Source: Octopus vulgaris (lineage: Eukaryota). From it: a stretch of DNA of 64,000 nucleotides. Shown here piece by piece: positions 40,335-51,991 of this stretch (positions are counted from its first letter, which is position 1; each line of letters opens with the position of its first letter). The notes beneath the pieces are model-generated. The model searched no databases and was not told where the DNA came from. It saw nothing but the letters and a program-made list of their open reading frames with translations. The DNA is taken from assembly GCA_951406725.2 (NCBI GenBank), contig OX597833.1, forward strand, positions 55,304,001 to 55,368,000. Direction: 5' to 3'. The translations under genes were made by a program, and so were the position numbers.

Positions 40335-40700
40335 AGTATGTATGTGTGTGTGTATGTATGTATAAATCTATATAAGTGTGTGTGTATGTATGGATTTTTG
40401 TATGTATGTATAAATGTATATAAGTGTGTATGGGTTTATGTATGTATGTATAAATGTATATAAGTGTGTGTATAGATGGATTTATGTATGTATAAATGTA
40501 TATAAGTGTGTGTGTATGTATGGATTTATGTATGTATGTATAAATGTATATAAGTGTGTGTGTATGTATAGATTTATGTATGTATGTATAAATGTATATA
40601 AGTGTGTGTGTATGTATGAGTTTATGTATGTATGCATAAATGTATATAAGTGTGTGTGTATGTATGGATTTATGTATGTATGTATAAATGTATATAAGTA
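40335..40700. repeat. 48-bp minisatellite built from microsatellite motifs, about 8 copies
   Basis: Unit TATAAGTGTGTGTGTATGTATGGATTTATGTATGTATGTATAAATGTA; the first units are shorter. Confidence 0.88.
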
Positions 40701-42372
40701 TGTATGTATGTATGTATACATGTGTGTATGTATGTCTTACGTGTTCATTTACATGCATACACTATGTATGTATATATGTATGTATGTATGTGTTGTGTGT
40801 TTAAATAAGAACATGTATGTATACATGTATGTTGTATGTCTTTTGCATTTATTTACTCACTCACACATGCATGTGCACACACATACACATGTTCATATAT
40901 ATATGCATAATACTTGAGTGTATAGAATTTATCTATACACCTGCACACAAACACACACAGACAGATTTGAGTGTGTGTATGTGTGTGAGAGAGACAGACA
41001 GACAGAAACAAGGTATGTATTATATATAATTATGTCCGCTGTGTCCCTTGTCCGTATGTATGTATGCATTGAGACCATTTCATTGTCCAACTCCCTTGAC
41101 TCGAATATAGAAGGCAAGAAAGTTTAGAGGGGTCAGGCTAGAACCCTGCATCAGGCCAGTAATTGTGTATCAGTCCAGAAAACTTGAAATTAAGATAATG
41201 CTGATGGTGGTGGTGGTGGTGGTGGTTGTGGTGGTGTGGAGGGGTGGGTTACTACCTTTGTATGTTCCAGGTCTTACTACAATAAAAACAGGTATTTATG
41301 TTTGTGTGTGTGTATGTGTGTATAGCTACTTTGGAAACTGTGTGTGTGTGTTTTGTAGAAATGTATGGAAGCACATATGGAAATGCATCTGTGGCCCATG
41401 TGCACTTTATATAACATATGCATAGTGACATGCATATATACCTGCATGCTCACGGCAAAATTCAAAAGCAAAACTTGCACCACCTTTTACAAAATACTAT
41501 ATGCATGAAATTCTGTGTATGAATATAATATATAATATATATTTGTATAGACTACACATGTGTAGAATCTTATATACACAATGAAATATATAAAGTATAT
41601 ATATTCACACATAACATAGGCAATTATTAAATAAATCTATGCACATATGCACCACAAGTAATTAGCAATTGGTCGCATACATATGTACATCTTCCCCCTC
41701 CCCTTGCACTAATCATTCCTTCCCAATTCTGTCTCAAAATTTTTAGGTATATCATTATGTCCTCATCTTCCTGTAATTTACTCCAATGCTGTATTACCTC
41801 CCTTTCTCTCTGTCTTCTCCTTTCAATGAAGATAGAATTAGCCCTTCTGGACTTAGATTTTTTTCTCTTTTTTTTTAGGCGGGTCTTTCTTTTTTTTCCT
41901 GCTGTTTTCGAATTGTCCTCTTTACCATTGTATGACACTTATTCACAGAATGGTGTACGTGGTATTTAGTCCCCCTGTTGCAAAGTGAAAGGGCTAAATC
42001 TTCCAGGTTCAACCTTACCTTACTATCTATCCGTCCAAATTCAATGAAATAAGAAAACCAGTGGCACAGCCAAACCATTTAATTATACTTCACACCTCTG
42101 AAATTGCTGCCTTCTTCCATAGTCAGAAATCATCATCATTATCATCATCATCATCATCATCATCAAAGCAGTAGGGTGATAGAAACGATGAGAGTATTTA
42201 GGTTAGTTTTAGCCAGTTTCTGGTTTCAAATCTTCCTGGGGGTTAACTTCACTTTTATTCCAGCAAGGATTATTGAATATAATACCAGATATATACTCAG
42301 GTTGACACAGTCATCTTTAATCGTCTTCTATAGATTTGTTTCCTCATGCCCATTTTAGAAATTATTATTATA

Positions 42373-42414
<42 letters not shown>

Positions 42415-42564
42415 GACTTTGCTTTTCATCCTTTCGGGGTTGATGAAATAAGTACCATTCACGCATTGGGGGTCGATGTAATCGGCTAACTCCACCCACC
42501 ACCCCGACTTCAGGCCTTGTCCCTACAGTAGAAAGGATTACTATCATCATCATCATCATCGTCA

Positions 42565-42755
42565 TTATTATTATTATTATTATTTCATATATAGACAACA
42601 TATTAAACTGTTGGAAACAAAACAAAAAATCCCCCAACATTGGGCTGCAACAAGTAACCTTAGATGCCAAGAACCTTCCTAAGTACCCTAGCTGTACCAA
42701 ATAATACCATTTTTTGGAACTGCACTAAACTAGGTTTTATGTCCATTTCCTCTAT
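42565..42755 (-). mobile_element. R4/Dong-like LINE 3' end with (TAA)n tail
   Basis: Minus translation EEMDIKPSLVQFQKMVLFGTARVLRKVLGI* (stop 42660-42662), a short 3' UTR, then (TAA)n. Confidence 0.75.
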
Positions 42756-43138
42756 TGTTGTTGTTGTTGTTGTTGTAGCCGCTGCCGTCGACGTGAACGA
42801 CGGTGACATCATCAGTAATTTGCAAACTAAGAAATTATATTTCTTTCTGCTTCTTTCTATCATCAATTAAATAAGGAACAGTGAATTTTAAAAAATATAT
42901 TACTTAGAATAACACACATGCTACATACTTGCGTATGCGCTCGCACACATACTTGCATAATCCATCCATCTATCCGTCAGATGAAGTTCACTCCGGTGTA
43001 ATCTGAAAGATAAGATCTGTGTCAGCATGATAATGACATCCAAAAAGATTCCTGGAACCAACAATCTGGAACCAAAAACATGAAAAACTAACAGCCATAC
43101 GACGAAATTAATTCTACACTCACAGTTCAACATTACAT

Positions 43139-43497
43139 GAGACGCAATGGCCCAGTGGTTAGGGCAGCGGACTCGTGGTTTTGATTCCCAGACCGGGCAT
43201 TGTGAGTGTTTATTGAGCAAAAACACCTAAAAGCTCCACAAGGCTCCGGCAGGGGATGGTGGCGATCCCTGCTGTACTCTTTCACCACAACTTTCTCTCA
43301 CTCTTACTTCCTGTTTCTGTTGTACCTGTATTTCAAGAGGCCAGCCTTGTCACTCTCTGTGTCACGCTGAATATCCCCGAGAACTACGTTAAGGGTACAC
43401 GTGTCTGTGGAGTGCTCAGCCACTTACACGTTAATTTCACGAGCAGGCTGTTCCGTTGATCAACCGGAACCCTCATCGTCGTAACCGACGGAGTGCT
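43139..43497 (+). mobile_element. tRNA-derived SINE family D, full length
   Basis: A-box-like TGGCCCAGTGG in the head; ACATGAGAC direct repeats at about 43135 and 43506; older copies at about 19820-19997 and 24103-24420. Confidence 0.85.
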
Positions 43498-44324
43498 CCC
43501 ATCCACATGAGACCATTTTGCAGAATTACTAAATATTTGATACTTTCAACATACTACAGCCTTTGTTGTAGCAATATTTAATCCTTTCGTTTTATTAAAA
43601 TTTTTTTCTTGACAAAGAGCTTCAAGTCCGAAATGTTAGTCTCTCTGTTGTTTCTAGCTTACAGCCTAAAATTGTATATGATGCACCCCTACACACACAC
43701 ACATTTTCAATTTTTTCTATTTCATTCTTTCATTTAGTGTTTCTGAAATCTATTTAGATATTGTAGGTCGTTTCAATTGACCTACTGCCCTGCAGTTGAC
43801 CTTGTGGAATGGAAAAGAAATCTTCTTAACTGTATTTTATCTATATTGAGAAAATTGTTTTTAATTTCTATACATAGATAGCAATCTACTTTATCTCTTT
43901 TTCTTTTATTTACCTCTCACTCACTCACTCACTCTCTGTCTCATTCTCTTACTCTCTCTCTCTCTCTCTCTCACTCTCTCTCTCTCTGCTTTGTTTCTTT
44001 TTTTCTTTCTTCAGTAGTTTTTCCTTCTTTTTATTTTATCCACTCATTTTCTGCCTTTCCCCCTCCCCTCTTTCTACTTTCATATTTTCCTAATTCCATC
44101 TTTCTTTTACAGAATCATACATTGCTACAGACATATGTACAATCATTGTGCAAACGTGTGCACGTATCAACAGACTTACACACACACTCTTGTGTGTGTG
44201 TGTGTGTGTATTCACAAATGTATATATGTGTTTATTTACATTAATCAGCAGAAGCTACAGAGTGGTTTAAGGGCCAAGATTTTCATGCATAAACCTATAT
44301 ATATATATATATATATATATATTC

Positions 44325-44722
44325 TTTTTACTCTTTTACTTGTTTCAGTCATTTGGCTGTGGCCATGCTGGAGCACCGCCTTTAGTCAAACAAATCAACC
44401 CCAGGACTTATTCTTTGTAAGCCTAGTACTTACTCTATCACTCTCTTTTGCCGAACTGCTAAGTTACGAGGGACATAAACACACCAGCATCGGTTGTCAA
44501 GCGATGTTGGGAGGGACAAAACAGACACACAAACATACACAGACAAATATATATATACATATATACAACGGGCTTCTTTCAGTTTCTGTCTACCAAATCC
44601 ACTCACAAGGCTTTGGTCGGCCCGAGGCTATAGTAGAACACACTTGCCCAAGGTGCCACGCAGTGGTACTGAACCCAGGGCCTGGTGGTAAGCAAGCCAT
44701 TTACCACACAGCCACTCCTACA

Positions 44723-44725
<3 letters not shown>
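44325..44725 (-). mobile_element. SINE family B
   Basis: Full family B sequence, 1.3 kb upstream of the exon. Confidence 0.85.
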
Positions 44726-44766
<41 letters not shown>

Positions 44767-45512
44767 TGTATTTTGTATATATGTGTGTGTGTATGCATGT
44801 CTACATATGTATGTATATGTGTATAGGCTGTTTCATTCTCTGCACTCACACACACACCACAATAGTTGCTTCTCCCCTAAATCCATTGGAAAAGGCATGA
44901 ATGTCACATCTTCCATTTCTCCTTTGTAATTTAGCAATGCCTTTCACACTTCATTGGCTATCTCTGGCCACAAAAATATATTTAGCTCTGTTTATCACTC
45001 CAACGCACAGAATAGAATATTTTTTATGGCTATAAAAAAAGCAGTTTTGTGAAAATAGATCAAGTACAAAATATATTCCTGATGTTGCTGTGTGGTAAGG
45101 AGCTTGCTTTGCAACCATGTGGTTTCGGGTTCATCTCCAAGGTCAACTAATACCTTGTTAGTGAATATGATAGACAGAAACTGTGTGTGCAAGCCCATCA
45201 TGTGTGTGTGTATATATATATATATATATTTCTATTTTTGTTTCTTGTATTTATATTCGTGTGGCATCCTGTCTTTGTTCCGTATACATTCGACCCTCTT
45301 TCCAAGAAATCCAATGCCTGTGGCTTGGTTTTTCCTTGGGGCTGGCCGGGTCGGAGTAATATCGAGATTAAACAGCCGAAATTACTAAGATGATCTGGTT
45401 CCCGACTGAAGATTAGAGGCTTCGAGTGACCCGTCTGTTTTTTTGTGTCGTCTCCTTGTGTGTTTTTGCGTTCTTGTCCCACTTTGTAATTTATATTTTA
45501 TATTTAATTTCT

Positions 45513-45557
<45 letters not shown>

Positions 45558-45584
45558 GGTTTGGAGGTGATGTACAGGTATTAT

Positions 45585-45745
45585 ATATTAGAAGAAATAA
45601 GGTACTCAGAAATGTGGATGGTTTTATATTTACAGACTGAAGAATCCACTAGAGTGGATGCAAGCGTTAATATATGACTTATAAAAAAAAATGTGACATA
45701 TTAATAAAAATCTGTAGATATAAAACCATCCAGATTTCTGAGTAC
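45585..45745 (+). mobile_element. PLE-type terminal repeat with inverted 5' piece and hammerhead-like motif (45637-45669)
   Basis: 35-bp inverted arms 45602-45636 and 45711-45745 with 2 mismatches; CTGAAGA-ATCCAC taga GTGGAT-GCAAGCGTTA followed by AATAAA. Confidence 0.7.
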
Positions 45746-46015
45746 AAACAAACCTAAGATGAACAAATAAATGTGTTTGGATGTGTGTGTACACGTATAC
45801 ACTGAGATATTCCGGCAGTTTTCAGATTTGAAACCTGTTATGAGTCAAACTATTTCATTTTCAGTGTTCCTCTACAACACGTATTGAGCACTCCTTTCTC
45901 ATTTGTCCAACATAAACGAACATGTTTATAACATAAATATATGTATGTATGTATGTATTAATAGATATATGTATTAATATTGTGTTTTTTTCTTTTTCTC
46001 TTTGTGTTTCTTCAG

Positions 46016-46125
46016 GCAGTGTGAAACTGAATGAGGGTGATTTAGTGATTTTTGGTCACCCTGGTGGAGTACGCCTACCTCCAGGGAACCGGACCAGGCA
46101 GCCGGACTCTGAATACCAGTTTATT
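46016..46125 (+). CDS. Internal coding exon: C-terminal part of an FHA domain, TCF19-like protein
   Basis: Long polypyrimidine tract plus TTCTTCAG acceptor; ATT|GTAAGT donor; 110 nt, phase 1 to phase 0. It encodes xSVKLNEGDLVIFGHPGGVRLPPGNRTRQPDSEYQFI, with the FHA 'L..GD.I.FG' motif and a TCF19-like 'PG...SE(F/Y).F' ending. Confidence 0.82.
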
Positions 46126-46179
46126 GTAAGTTGATTTACTTAACACTGATCTATCGTTGTTGTTGTTGTTGTTGTTCTT

Positions 46180-46219
<40 letters not shown>

Positions 46220-46495
46220 CTTCTACTGTTGTCATAAGACTCTGTGACTCTTTTGCTAGGGTCATAGCTTTGCGATTGTAATCATAATTGTCACTTAACA
46301 TACGAACAGCATTAACTTCAGGGTCAGTGCTTTTTCTTTCGCTATTTATTGTCTTTGTCAGTCTGATTATCATCATTATCAACCATTTATCATCATCATC
46401 AGAATCGTCAGCCACCATCGTCGTCATCATCATCAGTCATTGACCCCTTTCATAAATTAGTGTCATCATTATCGGCATTGGGCACTATCACCATT

Positions 46496-46995
46496 GTCAG
46501 TCATTATCACCATCATCAGTCACAGTCATCATCAGTCACTTTCATCATCATCATCATCATTATCATCAGTCACTTTCATCATCATCATCATCAGTCACTT
46601 TCATCATCATCATCATCAGTCACTTTCATCATCATCATCAGTCACTTTCATCATCATCATCAGTCACTTTCATCATCATCATCATCAGTCACTTTCATTA
46701 TCATCATCATCATCATCATCATCAGTCACTTTCATCATCATCATCATCATCAGTCACTTTCATCATCATTATCATCATCATCAGTCACTTTCATCATCAT
46801 CATCAGTCACTTTCATCATCATCATCATCATTAATCATCATTATCAGTCACTTTCATCATTATCATCAGTCACTTTCATCATCATCATCATCAGTCACTT
46901 TCATCATCGTCATCATCATCAGTCACATTCATCATTATCATCATCATCAGTCACTTTCATCATCATCATCATCAGTCATCATCACCATTATCAGT
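46496..46995. repeat. Punctuated microsatellite [CAGTCACTTT(CAT)n] array
   Basis: A constant CAGTCACTTT unit recurs more than 12 times between (CAT)n runs of variable length. Confidence 0.92.
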
Positions 46996-47476
46996 GATGG
47001 CATTGTTTTATGTACAAAGACAGACATATTGCATGATTTGATTTGCTGAGTGATGTGTATTTCTGAGTAGTTTTATTTTGCTTTCATGTATTAGAGAGAG
47101 ATCCTCCCTATAAATTCCTTGGGGTCATTTGTCAGGGAATGGCTCACTTAACCTTTTTTACTGAGAAGGTATCATGCAAAGATGGGCGTAAGACAATCGT
47201 AACTATTTTTGGTTGTTAGGCCCGGATGGTTGGAGGAGCAAGTAAAGGCACACGATCGTGCACTTTTGTGCATTCGGTAGAAATTCCGGTGATGGTGATG
47301 GTGATGGTTGTTCTCTTTGTATATACTCAGTGGTAGCTGAATCACTCATTTATGTGTGGATTAGGAGAAAAATGCTAATTCCTGAATCTGATTTAGGCTT
47401 TGCATTAAGAATTCATAACTGCAGCAAGATATTCATGACCGAAGTGAGCCGATCGCTGATTAAAATAGCTGAAGAT

Positions 47477-47647
47477 CACCGCCACCGCCACCACCAGCAC
47501 CACCATCATCATCATCATCATCATTATCATCATCGCCACCAACACTGCCATCATCACCACCAACACTGTCGTCGTCATCATCATTATCATCATCATCATC
47601 ATCATCTTCATCATCATCACCAACACTGTCGTCGTCATCATCATCAA

Positions 47648-47685
<38 letters not shown>

Positions 47686-47980
47686 CCAACACTGTCGTCG
47701 TCATCATCATCAACATCATCATCATCTTCATCATCATCAACATCATCATCAACATCATCATCATCATCATCACCACCAACACTGTCGTCGTCGTCATCAT
47801 CATCATCATTATCATCATCAATATCATCATCATCATCATCATCATCACCACCACCACCAACACTGTCATCATCACCACCAACACTGCCATCATCACCACC
47901 AACACTGTCGTCGTCATCATCATCATCATCATCATCACTGGCACCACCACCACCTTCAGCAGCAGCAGCAACGTCATCAT
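47477..47980. repeat. Punctuated microsatellite [(CAT)n CACCAACACTGTCGTCGT] array
   Basis: Directly visible; source of the poly-His ORF. Confidence 0.9.
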
Positions 47981-48311
47981 CTCTGCATTTGTTCCGACTT
48001 CTTGAATCATTCATTTTACCAATATCTGTCATCTTGCTGGTTATCATTTTTTAAGACAAAAATCAGGTGGGATATTATTAGTGGCATATCTAAAGAATGA
48101 GTTGGGTTTAGTCCAATTTAATGCAAGATTATTAAGAATATAGAATTGTTTAAGTAATGTTTTTGAGGTTCTTTTTTTTTTTCTTGCTTTTTTCAAATCT
48201 TGTGTAAGAATCAGTGTTGGAAAGCTGATGTTATAAGGGGACCACGAGGTTAAAAGTTTAGGGTATGTAATAAGGTACCTCATCATCATTAGCAACCCAC
48301 ATTACACGATC

Positions 48312-48705
48312 TCTTGACCAACTGGACTATCATTCTGTTACACATCGCTGGTCACAGTGCGCTTTGCATTGTTTTAGTCATCAAATGACGCCACCCCGCT
48401 GGCTAGGCAAGCAGGCTGAAACTCCCCCTTGATCAAAATGGGACTGGAGACTTGACTGACCAGACTATCAGGTTCTGTTACACATCGCTGGTCACAGTGC
48501 GCTTTGCATTGTTTTAGTCATCAAATGACGCCACCCAGCGGGCTAGGCAAACAGGCCAAAACTCCCCCTTGATCAAAATGGGACTGGAGCAACATGAAAT
48601 GACGTATTTTGCTCAAGAACACAATTCACCGCTCAGTATGGGAATCGAACCTACGAACTAGCAATCATGAGTGCAATGGCCTAACCACTAGACCATGCAG
48701 CTCCG
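48312..48705 (-). mobile_element. SINE fragment with a 140-bp tandem duplication
   Basis: CACATCGCTGGTCACAGTGCGC at 48341 and 48481; tRNA-like head on the minus strand at about 48620-48705. Confidence 0.75.
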
Positions 48706-50348
48706 CAAGCAACCTGCATTTTACTCACCTTAGTGATTAAATAGGAGGTTATGTATTGTGCTCCCTACTTTCTATTGTTGTTGTTTGTTCCTTCTCAAGC
48801 CATGCCTGGCTCATAAGGGCTGGTTTCCCGGTTTCATTGGTGTATAGGTTCTCCACCTGGAGGGGTATGCTGGTCTGTTGCACAACTTTCTATTAGTTAC
48901 CATAAAACAAGAGTACCAGTAATATTCTGAGGTTGAGTGGTTCAACTGTACCTTCCTACTTTCAGTTAAAGCACAGTTAAAATTGTTCATACCATATTTA
49001 TGTCGAAATAGACTAATTTGTTTTATTTGATTTTGAAAATAATGAAGAATTATAGGTGTAAGCATGGCTATGTAGTAAGAAGCTTGCTTTCCAAACAGAT
49101 GGTTCTGGGTTCAGTCCCATTACATGGCACCTTTGGCAAATGTCTTCCACTGTTGTCCTGGACTGACTAAAGCCTTGTGAGTTGGACTGGTAGATGGAAA
49201 CTGAAAGAAGCCCTTTATATATATATAAAGTTGAAGGCACCAGAATTTAGTATGGTATTATCCATATAATTTAAAATAAGGTGATTATATATATATATAT
49301 GTGTGTGTGTGTTTCTATCTGTTTTTCCCCCACTACCACTTGACAACAGGTGATGGTGTGTTTTCATCCCTGTAACTTAGTGGTTTAGCAAAAGAGATCA
49401 ATAGAATATGTATCAGGCTTAATTTTTTTATTTTTTTTTTATTTACCAAGGCCTTTTCCCCATAGGAAAGGGTAGCCACAACTAGACACACACCAGGCAG
49501 GCATTCCTTTCATTTCCCAGCTCAAAGAGGCAAGTTCTGTCGCCAGGTCCAGGAATCGAAACTACAATCTTACAATCCCGAGTCCAACACCCTAACCACT
49601 AAGCCACGTGCATCTACTTGACCCTGGTTAGATGAAAAAACAAAAAAATTTGAACCCCAAAGAACATAAAGATCCCTGACTAAATACCACAGGTGTTTTG
49701 TCCGACTCATTACCGATTCTGCCCATTCACCATTGTTGTGGTGGTGATGACAACGACGATGATGATGATGATGGTTCTAATTGTGATGATGGTGGTGGTG
49801 GTGGTGGTGGCATTAGGGTATTCAGTTCTGGTAATTTCTCAGAGTACATTGTAATGTGCATTAAAACACAAATGACAATCAAATGATTAATATTTCCAAA
49901 TAACAATAATGATACATAATGATACACACACATACACAGTAATAACACATAATAACATAATAACACATAGACTAGTAATAGCGGTAATTACAATAATAAT
50001 ACAGTAATTACAGTAACCTGATTATGTTGAATGTAGAATGGAAATTCGTAGACATACGTTGGACCCCAGTCCCCCTCCATCAATGGTAAGGAAGAGTGTT
50101 GAACAATGAGGTGCAGAATTGTACTAAATCTAGTTATTTGAGCATGAGTGTGTGTGTGTGTAGATGTATTTATATTTTGTATATGTATGTTTTATATATA
50201 TATATATGTGTGTGTGTGTATGATGATGATGATGTATATATATATATAATGTGAATGATGATGTGTATATATATGTGTGTGTGTGATGATGTATGTGTGT
50301 ATGTATATATGTGTAGATATATATATATGTGTGTGTGTGTGTATGATG

Positions 50349-50384
<36 letters not shown>

Positions 50385-50631
50385 ATGATGATGTGTGTAT
50401 ATATATGTGTGTGTGTGTGTGTGTGATGATGATGTATGTGTGTATGTATATATGTGTGTGTAGGTAGATGTATCTGAGTGTATTGATGATGATGATGATG
50501 ATGTATGTGTATATGTATATATGTGTGTGTAGATATATATATCTGAGTGTATTGATGTGTGTGAGTGTTGATATATTTATATTTGTATATGTCTGTTGGT
50601 ATATGTATGCATGTGTACGTATGTGTGTCTG

Positions 50632-50666
<35 letters not shown>

Positions 50667-50904
50667 CCTTCAGCTCCAGGTCAGCTCTGAGCTAGCAAAC
50701 CAGTGTGCTGTAAATCTTAATTTGGCTGCTCCTTCTAGCAGTTTGGGTGACTACATAGATGCTTCTCTTGTTGGCTAGCATCTCCTAATATCTACAAGCA
50801 TGCAATAGTCTTATCAACAATGTGCTATCCTGTCTGTGACAACTATGGTGATGGTGGTGGTGCGGAACAAGCTATACCTGTTCTTGGTAACCTGTGAGTA
50901 AATA

Positions 50905-51125
50905 CATCTTGAGTATCTGCTAAATATCTGTACAGTGTTCCCTTGTATGACAACTGTAGGGTAAAGGAAATGTATCCATCATACAGCCTTAGTATCTGCT
51001 TCATGTCTCTACATTGTTCTATTGTGTAACAGCTGTGGGGAAAACGAACTGTTTCTAAAATCTTTAGTATCTACCAGATGTCAGTACAATGTTCCCTTGT
51101 GGTACACCTACTGAGGAAAGAAACT
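50905..51125. repeat. Diverged tandem repeat, 75-79 bp period, 3 copies
   Basis: AGTATCT...TACA.TGTTC..TTGT anchors at 50912, 50991 and 51066. Confidence 0.7.
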
Positions 51126-51991
51126 AGTCTTGAACCTAGTTATTTGGGATTGAATAGTTTTATAATATCTACTATACAGACGACAGCATGACGACAGCCT
51201 ATATTGTTGATATGATCAGTGAATGAGATAATGCTGATTGCCTTCCTCAAACAGAGAGAGGAATATCAATGTTTTTTTAAGATCAGTTTTTACTATCAGT
51301 TGTAGTCCTTATGGATACAGTTTCACCCTCCATGTATCCACCTAGAAATTCTTACTCAAGTTCCCTTGGCTCACTGATAAAATTTATTAACTAAATTTAG
51401 GAAGGGGGTTAGTGAGAATCATCATCATCATCGTTTAACGTCCGCTTTCCATGTTAGCGTGGGTTGGACTAATTTGACTGAGGGCTGGCTGACAAACCAG
51501 ATGGCTGCACCAAGCTCCAATCTTGATCTGGCAGAGTTTCTACAGCTGGATGCCCTTCCTAACGCCAACCACTCTGAGAGTGTAGTGGGTGCTTTTTACG
51601 TGCCACCGGCACAGGGGCCAGTCAGGCGGTATTGGCAATGACCTCGCTCGACTCTCATTAATGTCTATTTCTAGTGGTAGGCAGGACAGAGTTCCAATAC
51701 CACCTACTGTCAGTATCAATAAATAATTTCTCATGACAGTAACAGATTATAGGAAGTATGGTGTTTATAACATGTACAGTAAATACAAGAGATGAACAGT
51801 AACAGGGGGCAGGGTGCAATCTATCAGAATATACAAAATTAACATACAGGAAAGCAACTGGGTATCAAACATATTGATAAAAGTATAGTGTATGCAAGCA
51901 AATAAATGCTTGTGTAATGCAATTGTTTATTATGTGATGGGTAAAAAAACAAATGTACTGTATGTTAGGGTTTGAAGAAAACTGGTAGAGA

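Noticed and set aside
41880-41969. LYDTYSQNGV peptide resembling the FHA D.S.NG motif
   Set aside because: The surrounding residues are low-complexity, there is an in-frame stop shortly after, and no convincing phase-1 donor.
43607-43640. TTGACAAAGAGCTTCAAGTCCGAAATGTTAGTC as another hammerhead remnant
   Set aside because: Too degenerate; the stems cannot be assigned confidently.
44135-44929. 264-aa ORF and many short ORFs with GLLSVSVYQIHSQGFGRPEAI or RRHLPKVP motifs
   Set aside because: These are recurrent translations of SINE family B, not proteins.
46496-46995. CRISPR-like look of constant words with variable spacers
   Set aside because: The spacers are only (CAT)n, the repeat is 10 bp, there are no cas genes, and the context is eukaryotic.
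47258-48100. 280-aa poly-His ORF (similar poly-H/S/D/M ORFs at 27545-28077 and 46460-46997)
   Set aside because: (CAT)n microsatellite; no domain content or splice support.
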